From: Takakia lepidozioides
Taxonomy: Eukaryota; Plantae; Bryophyta
Direction: 5' to 3'
DNA length: 64,000 nt
Assembly (NCBI GenBank): GCA_030704615.1
Contig: CM060733.1
Coordinates: 48,050,001-48,114,000 of the forward strand
Under the pieces are notes generated by a model. That model did no database searches. It saw nothing but the letters and a program-made list of their open reading frames with translations, and was not told the origin of the DNA. The stretch's first letter is position 1. Every line of letters starts with the position of its first letter. This document shows, piece after piece, positions 11,486-25,078 of the stretch. A program made the position numbers and the translations under genes.

Positions 11486-12769
11486 CTAGGGCTACGTGTT
11501 GCCTCGCACTACTAGTGAAGACTTGGGACAACAACGTCCAGAAAATATGGCATGCAACTGAATTGTTAATTTGTTGATGGGATAAGACGTTATATTCAAG
11601 TTTCATGCAGGTGTTAATTGGTCGTTGTTGAACGGTGAGAAAATGACTGGATATTTTTTCAAAAAGCCAGACAAAGACGGGAAAGTACTCTCTTCAGTTC
11701 CATCACTGACTCTAGGGGGGCATGTTTCACAAGCCAAAAGATATGGCTGTTGCAGCCGCGTTGCATTTCTCCAAGCATCACCCTGACTGTAGAATAATGG
11801 GATTAATAGTCTATTTTCTTTTGAGTATAGATATCAAATTTTGGATGGATGTAATGACAAATACTCTCTGGCCAGCACTATTTCACATAAACACTCTGGA
11901 GATGTTTAGCATCCATCTAGATTGATGCTAGTTGTTCTCACATTGATACACTCCTTTTAGGGGGGCAGTTCCACCTTCACTGATTACGGTGTGTGTGCCT
12001 GTATGGCGTTCCAAGGGGGTTTTAATTTTTTTCCCCACAAATAATTATCACAATAAAGTTTCAGGGTCGAGGCCCTTTCTCCAAAAAAAAAAAAAAAAAA
12101 AAATTTAAAACTCTTAGTTTGGATGTAAATCATTCATGTTGAATACATACTATCAATATATCTTTGAATGAGGAAATTGTAGTTATTGGATGGATAGAAG
12201 TAGTTAGATGGATGAATAATATTGGATGAATATAGTTTGTTAGGTAGTTATGGCGGTTAGAAGAGGAAGTGTAAAGGGGGAAGGTTCAGCTGAATCATTG
12301 TCATTTGAGTGAGAGTGCCGAGGCCCTAGCCAGCGCAGAGCAACTAGTTTATTTGTCTTTGTCTTTGTGTTTTCAGTTCTTAGAATCAGAGTTTGATTTC
12401 GGTGTGACAGTGTTCTAGAGACATGAGAGAGAAGGCTCTGATTATTAAAGTGATGTTTGGAGAAGAGGAGTAAAGGAATTTATTGAACAGTGGAAATTGA
12501 GTGTGAATGATTGTCTAGATTTGATTGATTGAATGTTTGGAAGAGAAGAGAGAATGTTTCATAGTTCAATTAAGTACTCTTGAGAATAATTGGGAAGAGA
12601 AAGAGTGCAAAGAATAGTCTTCTGTTGATAGTTTGCTGAATAATAATTGGGATAGTGATCGTGACATAGCTATTTTTCTTTGTGGTTGTTTGTGCGCTTT
12701 CCCCGTGAACGAATATGTAGAGTTAATTAGATTTCTTTATCTAATTCAAGAACTCAATAAATGTCTACA

Positions 12770-13165
12770 CTGACCCTGTTGCCAATTCCGCCAGGATCGA
12801 GGTTCTTCATTCTTATCCATCCTTGATCTCTCCCTTGGAGCAGGCAGCTCTCTCACGCCCCTTCTCCACGATCGAGTTGTTCGAAGCTGTTGAAGCCGCT
12901 TAGCCCTCTCAAATCGATTAGGCTGGACGGTCTACCTGTTGAATTTTTCAAGGACCTTTGGGAAGTCATAGGTGAGGATTTCCTTGGCATGGCAAGCGAC
13001 CCTTCCAATCAACCTCTTGCTATGCTTATGCTGGATTTCGAAAAAACCTTCGACAACATCAACTGGGAGTACCTGCTGGGAGCTCTCAAAGCTTCTAGCA
13101 TTACTGGTCACTTCTTCAATTGGATACGCATTCTGCTCTCCTCGACTTCTAGTAAGATGATTTAG
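12770..13165 (+). mobile_element. L1/Tx1-type LINE reverse transcriptase fragment
   Basis: DGLPVEFFKDLWEVIGEDFL and MLDFEKTFDNINWEYL motifs, with an internal deletion and frameshifts. Confidence 0.75.
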
Positions 13166-13169
13166 TGCT

Positions 13170-13906
13170 CTTTTGACTGTCCAGTCTGATAAGGTTTGAA
13201 CAACCCTATGAATGTTGGAGCTGGAGCATTAAGTTTGCATATTTTCGACTTGCATTTCTGAAAAGAAATAGCACGAATTGCCATGCAAGCCACTTTAGAT
13301 CCAGCAGGGGTGCGTTCTATATGCCACTCACTGTCACTGCAATCAGACTCCTGCACCGAGCACACCACCTCCTCCACAGGGTTGGATGTTGTTGTGCTTG
13401 GATGATCTGCACCTACTGCAGTGGAAGAGGATCCACCGGCGTGGCGCATGACTTTGTCTGCACCGGAGAGACCAATGGGACAGAGAAGTTCACCCTGTCT
13501 AGGCGATGGGAATCTCCATCCGAGCCTGTTGGGTGTTCAGTTTCCTTTTGCAAGATCCAAATCTCTCCTCGCCTTATAAATGGGGAACCTTGGATTGCAT
13601 AGGGGAACCTTCAGTGCACCTATTAAGAGCCCTCGCCATCTTTGATGAGTCCCCGGACCTGGTCGCAGTCCTCAGCATTAACAAAGTCGTATCAGGGCCC
13701 TTGTCTCCGCCCCGTCCCATCAGAAAATTTCGGTATCTGGTTTGTTGTGTAAGTGCCCGCACCATGTCATCTGTAGTGGCAACATACAAGTCACGTCCTG
13801 CTTTGGTAGATTGCTGCATCCAGGCATTGTGAACAGTCTCCGCCAAATTACATGAAGGCATGTCAGCCAAGTCCTCCAACGACATGTCCTGAAAGAGACA
13901 ATGCAC
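13170..13906 (-). mobile_element. DNA-transposon-associated ORF fragment (MULE-like C-terminal region)
   Basis: SCNLAETVHNAWMQQS...LYVATTDDMVRALTQQ..Y..FL.G.G..GP resembles bryophyte transposon ORFs as I recall them. Superfamily is uncertain. Confidence 0.4.
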
Positions 13907-14419
13907 GCAAATAATCCTATTTTAAGTAATTCCCGACTTTTGGCTTAAATCCGGACCAAACTTAATATGTAACATAATTAAAATTAATTCAGGTATTAAT
14001 AATAATATCGTCGAATATTGAGTAATTTAACTTGTGAAGTTCCACAATCCCATTCATGTAACATTGAATGGTAAGTCGAATGATGTACTTTGCATCCGGA
14101 AATTATAAATATAAGATCGATTGAATGAAGTTATTAATAAATTGATAGATGTATGACATAAACAGATGATTCAAGAAGATAATATACAAATGAAACGTAA
14201 ACATCCATACCATGCTTACAGTATAGTAGTACCATGAACCAATGTATTGCAAGTTTTCAATTGATGGATTAAAACGTTGAATGGAATAAGGTTTGATTTC
14301 AATGAAACATGTGAATTATGTTTCAAAATATTTAGGGATCATTCACAAAGGTTCATATGACAACCAAATATTGTGGGAAGAGTGTCATGTAGATTCAGCT
14401 ATAAAGTCATTGAACCAAG

Positions 14420-15330
14420 CTGGAATTAGGTTTTAGGTTATGGAGTTTGCTAGGGTACAAAACATAATACTTGGTATGAATGGAAAAAAAAAATATGGGA
14501 AAGTGTACAGATGACTTGGCACCTATGAAAATTTGTTAATGAAATATCCCAACCACAGATTGTATCCAAATTTCTATGAGGAATGTGAATCAAACAGTGG
14601 AGTTTGATTTAAGGTTTAGGGTTTTAGAAAACTGTAAATGGACAAACAATTATGGAGTCTGAGTCTTTACCCATACGTAGAACAATTCATGAAATATTAT
14701 CCCCACCACTTCGACCGTACCCAGAATTGGAAGTAATGAATTAAATAAACATCAAACATTGAAAATAGGTTTTAGGGTATAGAGTTTGCGAGGAGGGTAC
14801 TAAACATAGTACTCGGTATGAATGGAAAAGAAAATATGGGGAAGGGTACAGATGACTTGTCACCTATGATTTAGGGTTTAGGGAATAAAATTTCCCAACC
14901 ACAGATTGTATCTAATCTATGAAGAATGCACATCAAACAATGGAGTTACGTTTAAGGGCGTTTAGGGTTTAGAGAACTATAAATGGACAAACAATTATGG
15001 AATGTGAGTCTTTACATGGAGGTCGTACAACAATTCACGAAATATCCCCACCACTTCGACCGCACCCAAAACTGGAAGCAATAAATTAAACAGGCATCAG
15101 ACATTGGAATTAGGTTTTAGGGTACGGAGTTGAGTAGTGTGGTAAACATACTACTCGGTATGAATGGACCAAAAAATTTGGGAAAGTGTACAAGTGACTT
15201 GTCACCTATGAAATTAGACTTGAATGAAATATCCCAAGGGCCATTCTATTATGCCCAACCTTGTAACCCTTGAAGAATGTGCATCAAACATTCGAATTAG
15301 GTTTAGGGTCTATGGTTTAAGGTGAGGACA
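14420..15330. repeat. ~340-bp diverged tandem repeat, about 2.7 copies
   Basis: The block ttaggttttagg...act(t/c)ggtatgaatgga...gtacagatgacttg(g/t)cacctatga recurs at ~14425, ~14765 and ~15110. Confidence 0.8.
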
Positions 15331-15859
15331 ATGTAAGGACTGAAGGCCCCAAAAGTATTGTCTTTAGAAGGTCCTAATAAAATAAACAGACCCGAGGTAA
15401 ATTGACCTGAGATGACACGGAATAACGGGTGGCAAAGTGACGTTCATGACTGGTTAGTGACGAAGAAAATTGAGAAGAATCTTAAGATAATCCGAAAAGG
15501 CAATGAAGGAAATGTAACTCTATACTTGGAGCCAGACTTACAGAAAACTACTGACGAGTAATGGGAGAAGATTCACAAGATTCATAAGCAGTAAACCGCG
15601 AGAAAGCCTGTCCATTGAAGCAAGAACTTTCACAAATTGCCACGCGGTTTATACTCAGGACGTTTTTTAGACCAATCATATTCTGCCTAACAATACGACC
15701 ATGTGGACTGAGATTGAAGGACATGGGCGAATCTGTTGAGGAGAAGACACTTTGGTGAGAAATGGGTGTAATGTGAGAGAGGAACCGCAAATAGAAGGAA
15801 GCAGTGACATCAGAAAAACTAGGAACTCCGGATGATCACTCGAGGTTCCTGAAACGTTA

Positions 15860-18800
15860 CAGAGATGAGGTCCGGAAAAAAGCTGGTGGTTGGCAAAGAA
15901 GGTAGATTAATATTTGAACACGTGAAGAGAAACAAATGGAGAGTGGAGGTAAAACATTAGTTTTATTCTTGAAAACATGCCGAGGAGTGAACCTCCACAA
16001 TATGTCATTGTCAACCTTATTCTCCGCCAGAGGTTGCATTGTCTTCATTGTCTGACTGTTGATTGGCCTCATCCAGATTTGCTTGTACTTTCTCCACCTC
16101 CACCGCGATAATTTTCTTAAAGCTATTACGTGTTGTGTTTTTTCTGGCGGGCATTGTCCAAACGACAGAGTTAATGCGAATCCACTGAGGGGGATCATCT
16201 AGATTCAACTCCCAAACTTTGGACCAACAATCTGTGTACCTGTCCAAATCGGAATGGCTACCTCCTTTCTTGGGTCTCCACCATTTGACGTGAACCTTCT
16301 TAAAATTTCTGGATCATCTGTCGCGGACCACATCCGATATTGTCATCCCCATCCAGACTGGAAACGTCACAGTATCTACTGGTCAAACCAAGACGAAGAA
16401 TCCGTTCTCAATATCCTTGAACGGATTTAGAGGCTGCTTCGGTCTATCACACCGGGGGCCACAATACGGCTCCAGGACTTCATCTTCTTCCGACCGGTTC
16501 TGTGGTGGTTGACAGCCCACTTGGTTGAGGGCCAAAAACCCTCTTTAAGCGCGATTGAATGTCATGATTCACCTGGAATGAGAAGATCAAGTTCTGCAAG
16601 GATTGCGTCCCAGTATTGATCATACTTCATCTTGATGTCACGATAATGATCGTCAAGCAACATCCCCTTCTTCCAGAACTCCCTGTATTTTTTAATTCCA
16701 GTTTTGATAAAAGACTGTTTATCGGAGGAGTCATCTTCCACACCCCAAATTGGTATTTTTTTGGCAACCCTGGATTGTACTGCTACAGGCAACTTTGGAG
16801 TTCCATCGAGATTCGACTTCCACATCTTCACGGCGCCTTTTTTGGGGAGCCACTCAGAATCAGTAGCAAACTTCTTAAACTTCATGACAGGCCACCCATC
16901 TTCATCTACATAGAATCGAAATACATGCATTTCTGTTTGCCCAACGAAAGCCTCTTTTCCATCGAGAATGCAACCGTCCACATACGCCTTGAAATCTGGC
17001 ACCTCTTGAATGATTTGAGGAAAAAATTGCAGATCTTGAGAGATCATAAAAAACCTCAACGTAGGTGTTGTTTTGCTTCAGCTTCTTAGATAAATAACTG
17101 AAGAATCCGTCGATGTTCTCATGGGTGTGGCCAACCATGAGAAATCCCATCTGAATCTCCTCAAACACTCATCTCGCAGTTAGGAGCGACAGAAAAGTCA
17201 GCATCCACCTGTTTTTGTTTTCCTTCACGCAGTTGTCCAACTGCAGGTAGAATCTTCGCAGAAGAGAGACTTTTCGTTTTTTCTTCTCCTTATTGCCGAA
17301 AGGTTTTAAGATGTCGTGACACCTCGATTTACCCTTCATGAGAGATTCGAAAAAAGAATTCTGAGGTGGGTGGTCAAAGATGTTACGACTTTCGCAGCAA
17401 GAGGGCTTCTCTGGTTGGCGGAGGCATCTTGCCAAAGACCCAATCGTGAAGTTCGGGTTCCCGGCCAGAAGTCCAAATAGTATTGTCCGTAGACTCCGTC
17501 CCCGTGTCCATGGGTGACCATGCTGGTCAGCGAAATTGGAAGCTGACCTAAGCCGGAGACCATCTTGTTCGTCGTCTGCAACCTTGGAATAACTGTTTTC
17601 CGATGATCCATCTTGTTATGAATGATGCAGAGGAACTCAGACGGCATCATGGCTGACTCATTCATCCAATTGTGATAGAGTCTCCTGCAAGACTCCTTAA
17701 GCCTGAGGTGCTTATCAAGTGCTTTCTTGTGCGAGGCCTTCTCATCGCTTCGTTTGACCGACTTCTTGATTAGGTCTTTAAGCATCTCACAATCTGTGCA
17801 TTTGGCAAACGTGCTACCATTTTTTCTAACCTCGACATTGGGAAAAATCCGTTCTTTGATTCCGCTCACGGCTGCCTGGGAGATAGGCTTCAACCCACAT
17901 ATTTTATTCGCCTGCAAGACAGACAGGGGGAAATGAACCTCGTACGATTGCCCGAGCTTTAATAGAGAGAGGTCTGAAACATTGCGTGGAAGCAAAATAG
18001 TGAAGGACCGAAAAAAATATAGAATTCGGCAAGTGGTATACAGAAGAAGAACTCACCTCATTACACTCCTCACGAACTTTTTTCCAGTTCAGTTCAGGTG
18101 GCAGAACTCGAAGAGTATCTCTCCGTCCGTCACCAATACAGCGTGTCTTATGAGGCATGAGATCGGAGTTTCCGTTGATAATGCCTCTCTGCTTAGCTTT
18201 TTGTATTCCATGTAGGTTGACCGACCGATTCCGTGAATTGTTCACCAAGCTCTCTCACACACATCAACGCCCTCAATGGTTATGTAGGCCTTTGTCGAAA
18301 CCCCCTCGATTCGATGAAGTCTTTTGGGCACATCAAAACCGAGCTCTCTCTTTTCGTCGTAAGAGGATCCCCAATAGGCGGTTCGGATAGCGAGTGTTTT
18401 TCTCCAGTCGAAATATTGGCAACACTGTAAATTGCAACATTGTTTGCTGCTGACTTCTCGAATTGCCTACAGAGAAAGACGAGTATTTATCTTTTGGAAT
18501 CGTTTTTTTCGGATTTTATTTTTTTGTCTGTTGAAATGCCGGTATGCTGCTTTTTTCACATCTTTCTCGTTGTTACCAATATCTGTTTGTTCCTCGCTAT
18601 TGACGAACCTATCAAGCTCATGTGACAATGTCCTGCACTATCAGTTAACCGAGTCTAAGTCAATGGCCAGATCACAAGACACATGAGATTGGTCGAACCA
18701 CCATTCAAAATCCTTGTAACAAGCACCCCGACGTGATGTTCTCCAACTTTCTCACAAAGTATCACCTCGTCTTGAATTCTGCCCTTGTACAAAGCACTTT

Positions 18801-19370
18801 GTTCATCTCCAAGGAGAATACACATCTTATTTCTCCAGCTATCTCTACCCATAGCAACATCGTTATTCGGAGATGGCCTTGACATGTCAGATTCATTGTG
18901 TTCATTGAATTTTGGATTGGAATCATCCGCAGAGGTCAATTCCACCTCCGAGTCCTGAGGATCCTCATTGTTGATATTAGTGGCACTCCCACTATCTTTT
19001 TGAATTTGCACAACATCCCATTAAATGACAGGTGTTCCGATTGCTTCTCCCAAAGAATCCGCATCCATATGCGGATATAGCAACGACAAAGAAGAATGTG
19101 TCGGATCGCAAGACACTATAACAACAGATATTGTGGACCCGTTTAGCTGTCGTCCATGGCAACTTCCGCAACCAATCACGTTGAGACATTATGCTGTTGC
19201 GACGATAGAGTTCGAGCCTTGAAGAGTGAGGAATATTTTTTGACCAGTTTGGAACGACGACATTTCCACGAACCTCGCGCGATTGCGCGTATATCCTTCA
19301 ATAGAGATGCTGGAGATTGTTGATTTGGCACTATATCGATGGACACTAAAAAAGAGTGAAACAACAAGTT
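15860..19370 (-). mobile_element. Decayed DUF7869-type (Sola-like) DDE transposase and adjacent ORFs
   Basis: Collinear fragments FAKCTDC...H....R..YH, LCIIHNKMD, FYLQLDNCVKENKNRW, GFLMVGHTHENIDGFFS, HVFRFYVDEDGWPVMKFK, broken by stops and frameshifts. Termini not found. Confidence 0.7.
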
Positions 19371-20227
19371 ACTGAAGTAAGATTAGAAAAAACTGAAGAA
19401 GAAGATGAGAAGGAACCTCGCGCGATCGTCCGTGTTTAGGGTTATAATGATTTAGGAATTGAAAACAGAACTCCGACTCTCGGATTATGTATTAGAATGT
19501 AGAATGTAGGTCTGTATTGGTGGATATAAATATTTATAGAAAATAAAAGGATCTCCTAAAGCTTCGACCCGAATGTACAACATTGTCTACGACTCCATAA
19601 CAAAACTAGAACTAAATCCACGGGCATTCGCGCGTAGTTCAGATGGATGAAATGCAGGACAGATGAATAATGGTAAACGAGTTTTGGATGACAACAAAGA
19701 AAACGGATAAATAAATGAAAACATAGATGAACGAAACAGCTGTAGTGCGAGTGATCATTCGAAGTACATAAAACGGTCGGGGCTATAGGTAAGCCTTTTT
19801 TAACAAACGCATGGAATACATGCAAGCCCTACCTTATCGTAATTATAAATCGGTTGTAAAATGATTGACGTAATTTGGAATTTTGAATGCTAAGTAAATG
19901 GATTTGTGGTCGGTCCAATATGCTTTTTTGTTTCAGACAAACAATGTTGTGTAGGTGAATTAATAGATATATTATCTAATTGAGAATTATAGTGTGTCGT
20001 AGGTTCATTGAATGTAAGATGAAAGTTGGCCCTTGTTGATTGCTTATTGCTTGTAGCTGATTGCTCAAGAGTATTCACGATCAATACATGCACGTATGAT
20101 CGTACATGTTGTTGATCACCAAAACACCAAAACATTAAAAACAAAGCCACCGTTATATTATTTCTATACAACCCAATATATACATAATTACATAGAACTG
20201 TATAGGAAAACAACACGTATCACTATA

Positions 20228-20604
20228 TCGACCGTAAAACCTATAACCTCACCCAAGCTTATCTAGTTTTGCAGTGTTGGTATTGACAAAACCACGTTAA
20301 TCTCAGATCATGGCTTGCATTTCATGGTAAAGTATATGCAACACCTAATATCGTGTATGCATTATGTTCCAATAATTCCATGCACTTGTGTGGAATAAAC
20401 AAAAAAATTGTTAAACATAAAACAATGCAATCACTTGTCAGTTGATCATGAAGCTCTTGCTCTGTCACTATTACATGTATCATTACATCGACCGTAAAGC
20501 CTATAACCTCATCCAAGTTTATTTTGTTGGTGTAACCCGACAAAACCAGGTTAATCTCAGATTCATGGCTTACATTTCATGGTAAAGTATATGCAACACC
20601 TAAT
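20228..20604. repeat. ~120-bp direct repeat pair
   Basis: atcgaccgtaaa.cctataacctca...catggtaaagtatatgcaacacctaata at ~20228-20350 and ~20487-20604. Confidence 0.75.
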
Positions 20605-21609
20605 ACTTTCGAGACCAGAACTGTCATTGCTCCGCATAAGCTTTACAACAAAATCATGCAGGCACTAAAGCTGACCTTGGCTAAGAGCAGTCAAGCTAAT
20701 AACAATTGAGCTCACAAAATTTACTTACCAGCTCTTCTTCAGGGTACATTTCTGTGACGTCGTTGCCAGTATGATTGACGAAGAGACCTGACATGACCCA
20801 TGGCTCTCTCTTCCAGTCGTGCCAGGGGGGGAGCTCTGCATCCTCTTGTTCCAACCTTCTCCAGTTATCCAAAAACAGTCCCAACAGTCAAGGTCCATTA
20901 TAATTGTTCAACAAATCATCATGCATTTTCTGCCTCTTAGGAAAAGGTACTAGAAGGTGGTGAGTAAGGTCTACTGTTAAATTGTACCGAAATTGACTAA
21001 GTTACCCCTGAACAGAATTCACATATGGCCAAACCATCTAAAAGTAAATCTCATTTAAACTGACATCTAGGGGTCCTGACGGTACAAAAGCCTCTACCCA
21101 GGCTTGTTGCACACGACGGGCCACTGTTCCCGCTGGTGACACCAAGTGGTTATATTAGTGAGAGAGAATACTGAGGGTTGCGTAAGTATTTCTTAAAGGA
21201 CACAAACCTACAATTGGGTAGGGTGGTGAGTGAGGTTAAAGTTTCCATGGAAGTCGCTGAAAGGCTCCATTTCCATTCTGTAGATATTCCGTTGGACCAC
21301 TCTCTCATGTCAGCATTCCAAGAGCTAGTGGTGTTCAACCATACTAGCTTGTCCAAGCAATCCAGTGCTCGAGCTTGTGATTCTTCCCCTGGGTCCTACT
21401 AGTGCATGTATCAAAAACAAAACTTGGACTAAATTATGACGCTACTGGATATGGTGACCTTGCTCATAATACAGTCTTATTCTTCAAGGGCTTCGGAATA
21501 CTAGTACACAGCAAATAGTCAAGGACGAGAACATGACTGAACACAAACAAGAGATCAGACTAGAGGTACAAGACTAGACAAGAAGTCAAGGTCGGCATGG
21601 CCGAATGCA

Positions 21610-22121
21610 TGATGAGTAAATATGAATCAAGGCGATCTTTATAACAATGAACAAGAGTACAAGATATTGGAACACGACTTGAATACTCGAATGCTGGAAA
21701 CTGGACTGGAATACTGGGAACTGGAAACAAGAGTAGCTTGAACTGGTGTTGGCGAGACTGAAGAGTGTCCAATCTCGCCTCCTATATATACTGGCTACTA
21801 GGAGGTTCCCTAAGAGGCTTCCCCAAAGGAGGTTTCTTGATAGAGAAGTTTCCAAGGTTAAACAGAGGTTTCTTGATAAAGAAGTTTCCAAGGTTAAACA
21901 AAGGTTTCTTGATGGAGAAGTTTCCTCCAAATGAAGCTTCCTGAGCAGTTTCCTAAGTTACTCTCGGTAATTTGGTAAACTCCCGGTAACTTGGTAACTT
22001 ATGGTAACTTATGGTAAATCATGATAGATCATGGTAGATCACGGTAACTTTTGGTAACATGATAACTTAGTAATTTCTGGTATTTATTCCCGATAAGGTC
22101 CTCTGGGCTATGTCCGTGACA
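21610..22121 (-). repeat. 3' LTR of the outer Ty3/Gypsy chromovirus
   Basis: TG...CA bounded (tgatgag...cgtgaca). Homologous to 36615-37113. Polypurine tract AGAGGAGGGGATGA (22122-22135, minus) abuts it. Contains 36-bp internal tandem repeats. Left edge inferred from the end of homology. Confidence 0.8.
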
Positions 22122-24227
22122 TCATCCCCTCCTCTAGCGCCGAGTTCCTCGAGGAGCGGTAAAATCTTGGACTTACTTAGAGCTGGAGAAAATCCAAAAT
22201 CCGACGAATGGTACTTGTCAAGTATTCGGTTCTTCGTTCTTGACTCAAATGATTTACAAGTCCCTGCAACCATCGATAGTGTCAAACACCTTGAACTTGG
22301 GACCACGCAGTGAGTGAATGAGCATTCTGATTTTCGAAACTGCCTTCAAATATGATTTCGTTGCCCTCTGGGTCCGAAGCCTCAACCTCCAACATAATTA
22401 TCAGACTTCGAGTAGGCTCTACTTGCCGTCGTACAGGGTCCAGACGAGGAAGTACGCGTCGCATTGGTGGCCCATCGTCTCAAGAGCGTCGGCATGATGT
22501 TGAAGATAGTGAGAGTCGAAACGGCTGATCTGGTAGTGGGGTAAGCGACAGCTCCAATGTATCTGGTTCCTGTGACTCCATACTGCCAATACAAGATGCA
22601 AGAGTGCTGGAAGTGTAGCTATACATATTGATGTGTGATGCTCTTTCCTCCTTAGCATGTATCAGGTACACTGAATGTGGAGTCTTCACCTGAAGCTAAT
22701 TTAGCTGACATCATCGTTGTGACGCCTTATTGACGTGTAGCTCGGGGCTTAGCTGGATATCGTTGATGAAACTCTTGGACTTTATCAGATGCATTGGCAA
22801 GGTTGGATGAAGGTTCTCACGTTCGTTCGCTGATGTCGTAGCCTTCCAATGTACGAAATACTCAAGACGTTTATACTTGATGCGAGAGTCTAGGACTTCG
22901 TCGACTTCATACTCGATTTCCTGATTGACTTCAATTGGTGGAGGTGGTACGGAGACTCTCCCTGGAATATTTGATGGATGATACAACTCCAATAATGAAA
23001 CATGAAAGATTGGATGGATGCGCATATTTTGTGGGAGTTCAAGCCAAAAACTGACCTGATTTATTTGTCGAATAATTTTGAATGGTCCAAGCGTTGATAA
23101 TCCAACTTCTGATGGTCGCGAGGATTTGTATGTCCCGTCGAAGAAGCAACACATGATCTCCGACCTTGAACTGGGGTTGGAGTTGACGATGTTGATCTGC
23201 ATACTCCTTGTATGTTTTGAGCTTCCGCGAGGCGGAATGTAAGCTCCTGTGAATCATAGCAAGATGAGTAGCAAGGTTTTCTACAGCAGGGCTTCCAACA
23301 GTTTTCATGTAGAAAGGGTTTGTTTGAGGATGATGACCATAATTGAAAAAAATGGAGGTTGTTTGGTTCGAAGAATGTATAATGTTGTTGTAGGCAAACT
23401 CAGCTAATGGCAGAAGGTCGTTCCAATTATCTTAGTGATAATTTATCGTACAACGAAGATATTGCTCCAAAATCAGGTTTATACGTTCGGTTTGACCATC
23501 AGTCTGTGGATGATTAGCTGTAGAGAAGTTGATCTTAGTATCCAATGTGACATAATCCCCTCCAAGAATTTGATGTGAACTGTGATCCTCGATCAGATAC
23601 GAGTACTTCGGGAGTCCATGAATGCGGTAGATATTATGAGGAAGAGTCTTGCAGTTTCCTCGCCGGTAAGGTAGTAGATACCGTCTTATTAATAGAATGA
23701 AATGTGTCATCTTCGTTAAAAACGATCCACAAAAACGATTGAGTCGGTGGGTTGGAAATTGGAAGGTCCGCAAATAAAGTCCTAGAAAGACGACCATGGA
23801 CCATTTGGAATGGGTAATGGTTGAAGAAGACCAAGGCGGATGTCGCGGTCCCTTCGCCCTAGCACAGGTGTCACAAGATTTTACAAATTCTTTCACAAGT
23901 TTCCACACCTGCGGCCACCAATAGTCCCTGGATATCAATTCCATTGTTTTATTGAAGCCGAAATATCTTGCAGCCGGAAGATCATGACATGTTTGAAGAA
24001 TTCGAAGTCGTGTAGGTCCTAGAGGTACATAGAGAAGTCCTTTGAAATAAAGTAAGTCATCTTTGAATTCGAAGTCGTTTGTAACATGTGGGTTGTCTCG
24101 AGGTCGATTTAGTTGATTTCGCAGTATCATGGCAAATCAGTGCTTCCTGAATCTCCTTTATGATCTCTACATCGTCATAGGTGATATGGATAGCATATTC
24201 AATTGGAGATTTGTTGGTCAAAAGTTG

Positions 24228-24825
24228 TGTCGTGCACCTAAGCATCGTGCCACAACATACATCGCTGTCCACCACACAATCTAAGCATACAATCCTAGAA
24301 AGCTATACCACAATCGATAAGAGATGAGAAATGAGAGAAGTGGAAGACAATGAAAACTCTAAAACATGAAGCAATCACACTAAGAACAAGCCCTAGTCTT
24401 TCTCAGTGAAATCTACTCTATCACATAAACTAAGTCAAGCCAAGGGCACCCTTGCTAAAGGAATCCACCCTACAAAGCCCTCAACATACTCCCTCTCAAT
24501 ACCTAGAGCTATGGAGGTGAGAGAAGCTCATGGAGGCTCAACTACAAGAAGATGAACCTCCTCCATCCTCACAAGGGGAAAACCTATCCCCATGTCCCAA
24601 GTGAGGCTCGACACCTCACTTGGCATGTGAGACCAAATGAAGTCCCAACACACAAAATATAAATATAAATATCTAAAATGTCATAGTTAACTAGAAGTAG
24701 GTAATTCTAGATAACCATGACTAAAACCATGACAGCTGTCGTGCACCTAAGCATCGTGCCACAACATATATCATTGTCCACCACACAATCTAAGCATACA
24801 ATCCTAGAAAGCTATACCACAATCG
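24228..24825 (-). repeat. 3'-terminal A-B-A repeat block of the inner element
   Basis: A 24228-24316 (89 bp), B 24316-24734, GC spacer, A 24737-24825 (3 transitions versus the first A). A G6 run (plus-strand cccccc, 24826-31) lies just inside as a PPT-like tract. Confidence 0.92.
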
Positions 24826-25078
24826 CCCCCCTAGCTGGTGATTAGGTCCCTCTAACACCGGATAGCTGACAAGTATCCATCCCAATAAGATCATCGCTTG
24901 GTCATCAATCGCCCAAGTCCCAGTATCTGAAGGCAATAGATCAAGAGGCCGGGTGCAAAAGTAGCCCCATCGCTACTCGTCTTCCTGCAATCCATGGCTT
25001 CAATTGGGTGTCCATAGCATCGAACTCCTGTTAGCTAGACCTTGGATCACTTGTCAACCTCGCCACTGTCATGCCCCA

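Noticed and set aside
12052-12103. AATAAA followed by an A21 tract as a retrocopy 3' end
   Set aside because: No TSD or identifiable body could be tied to it.
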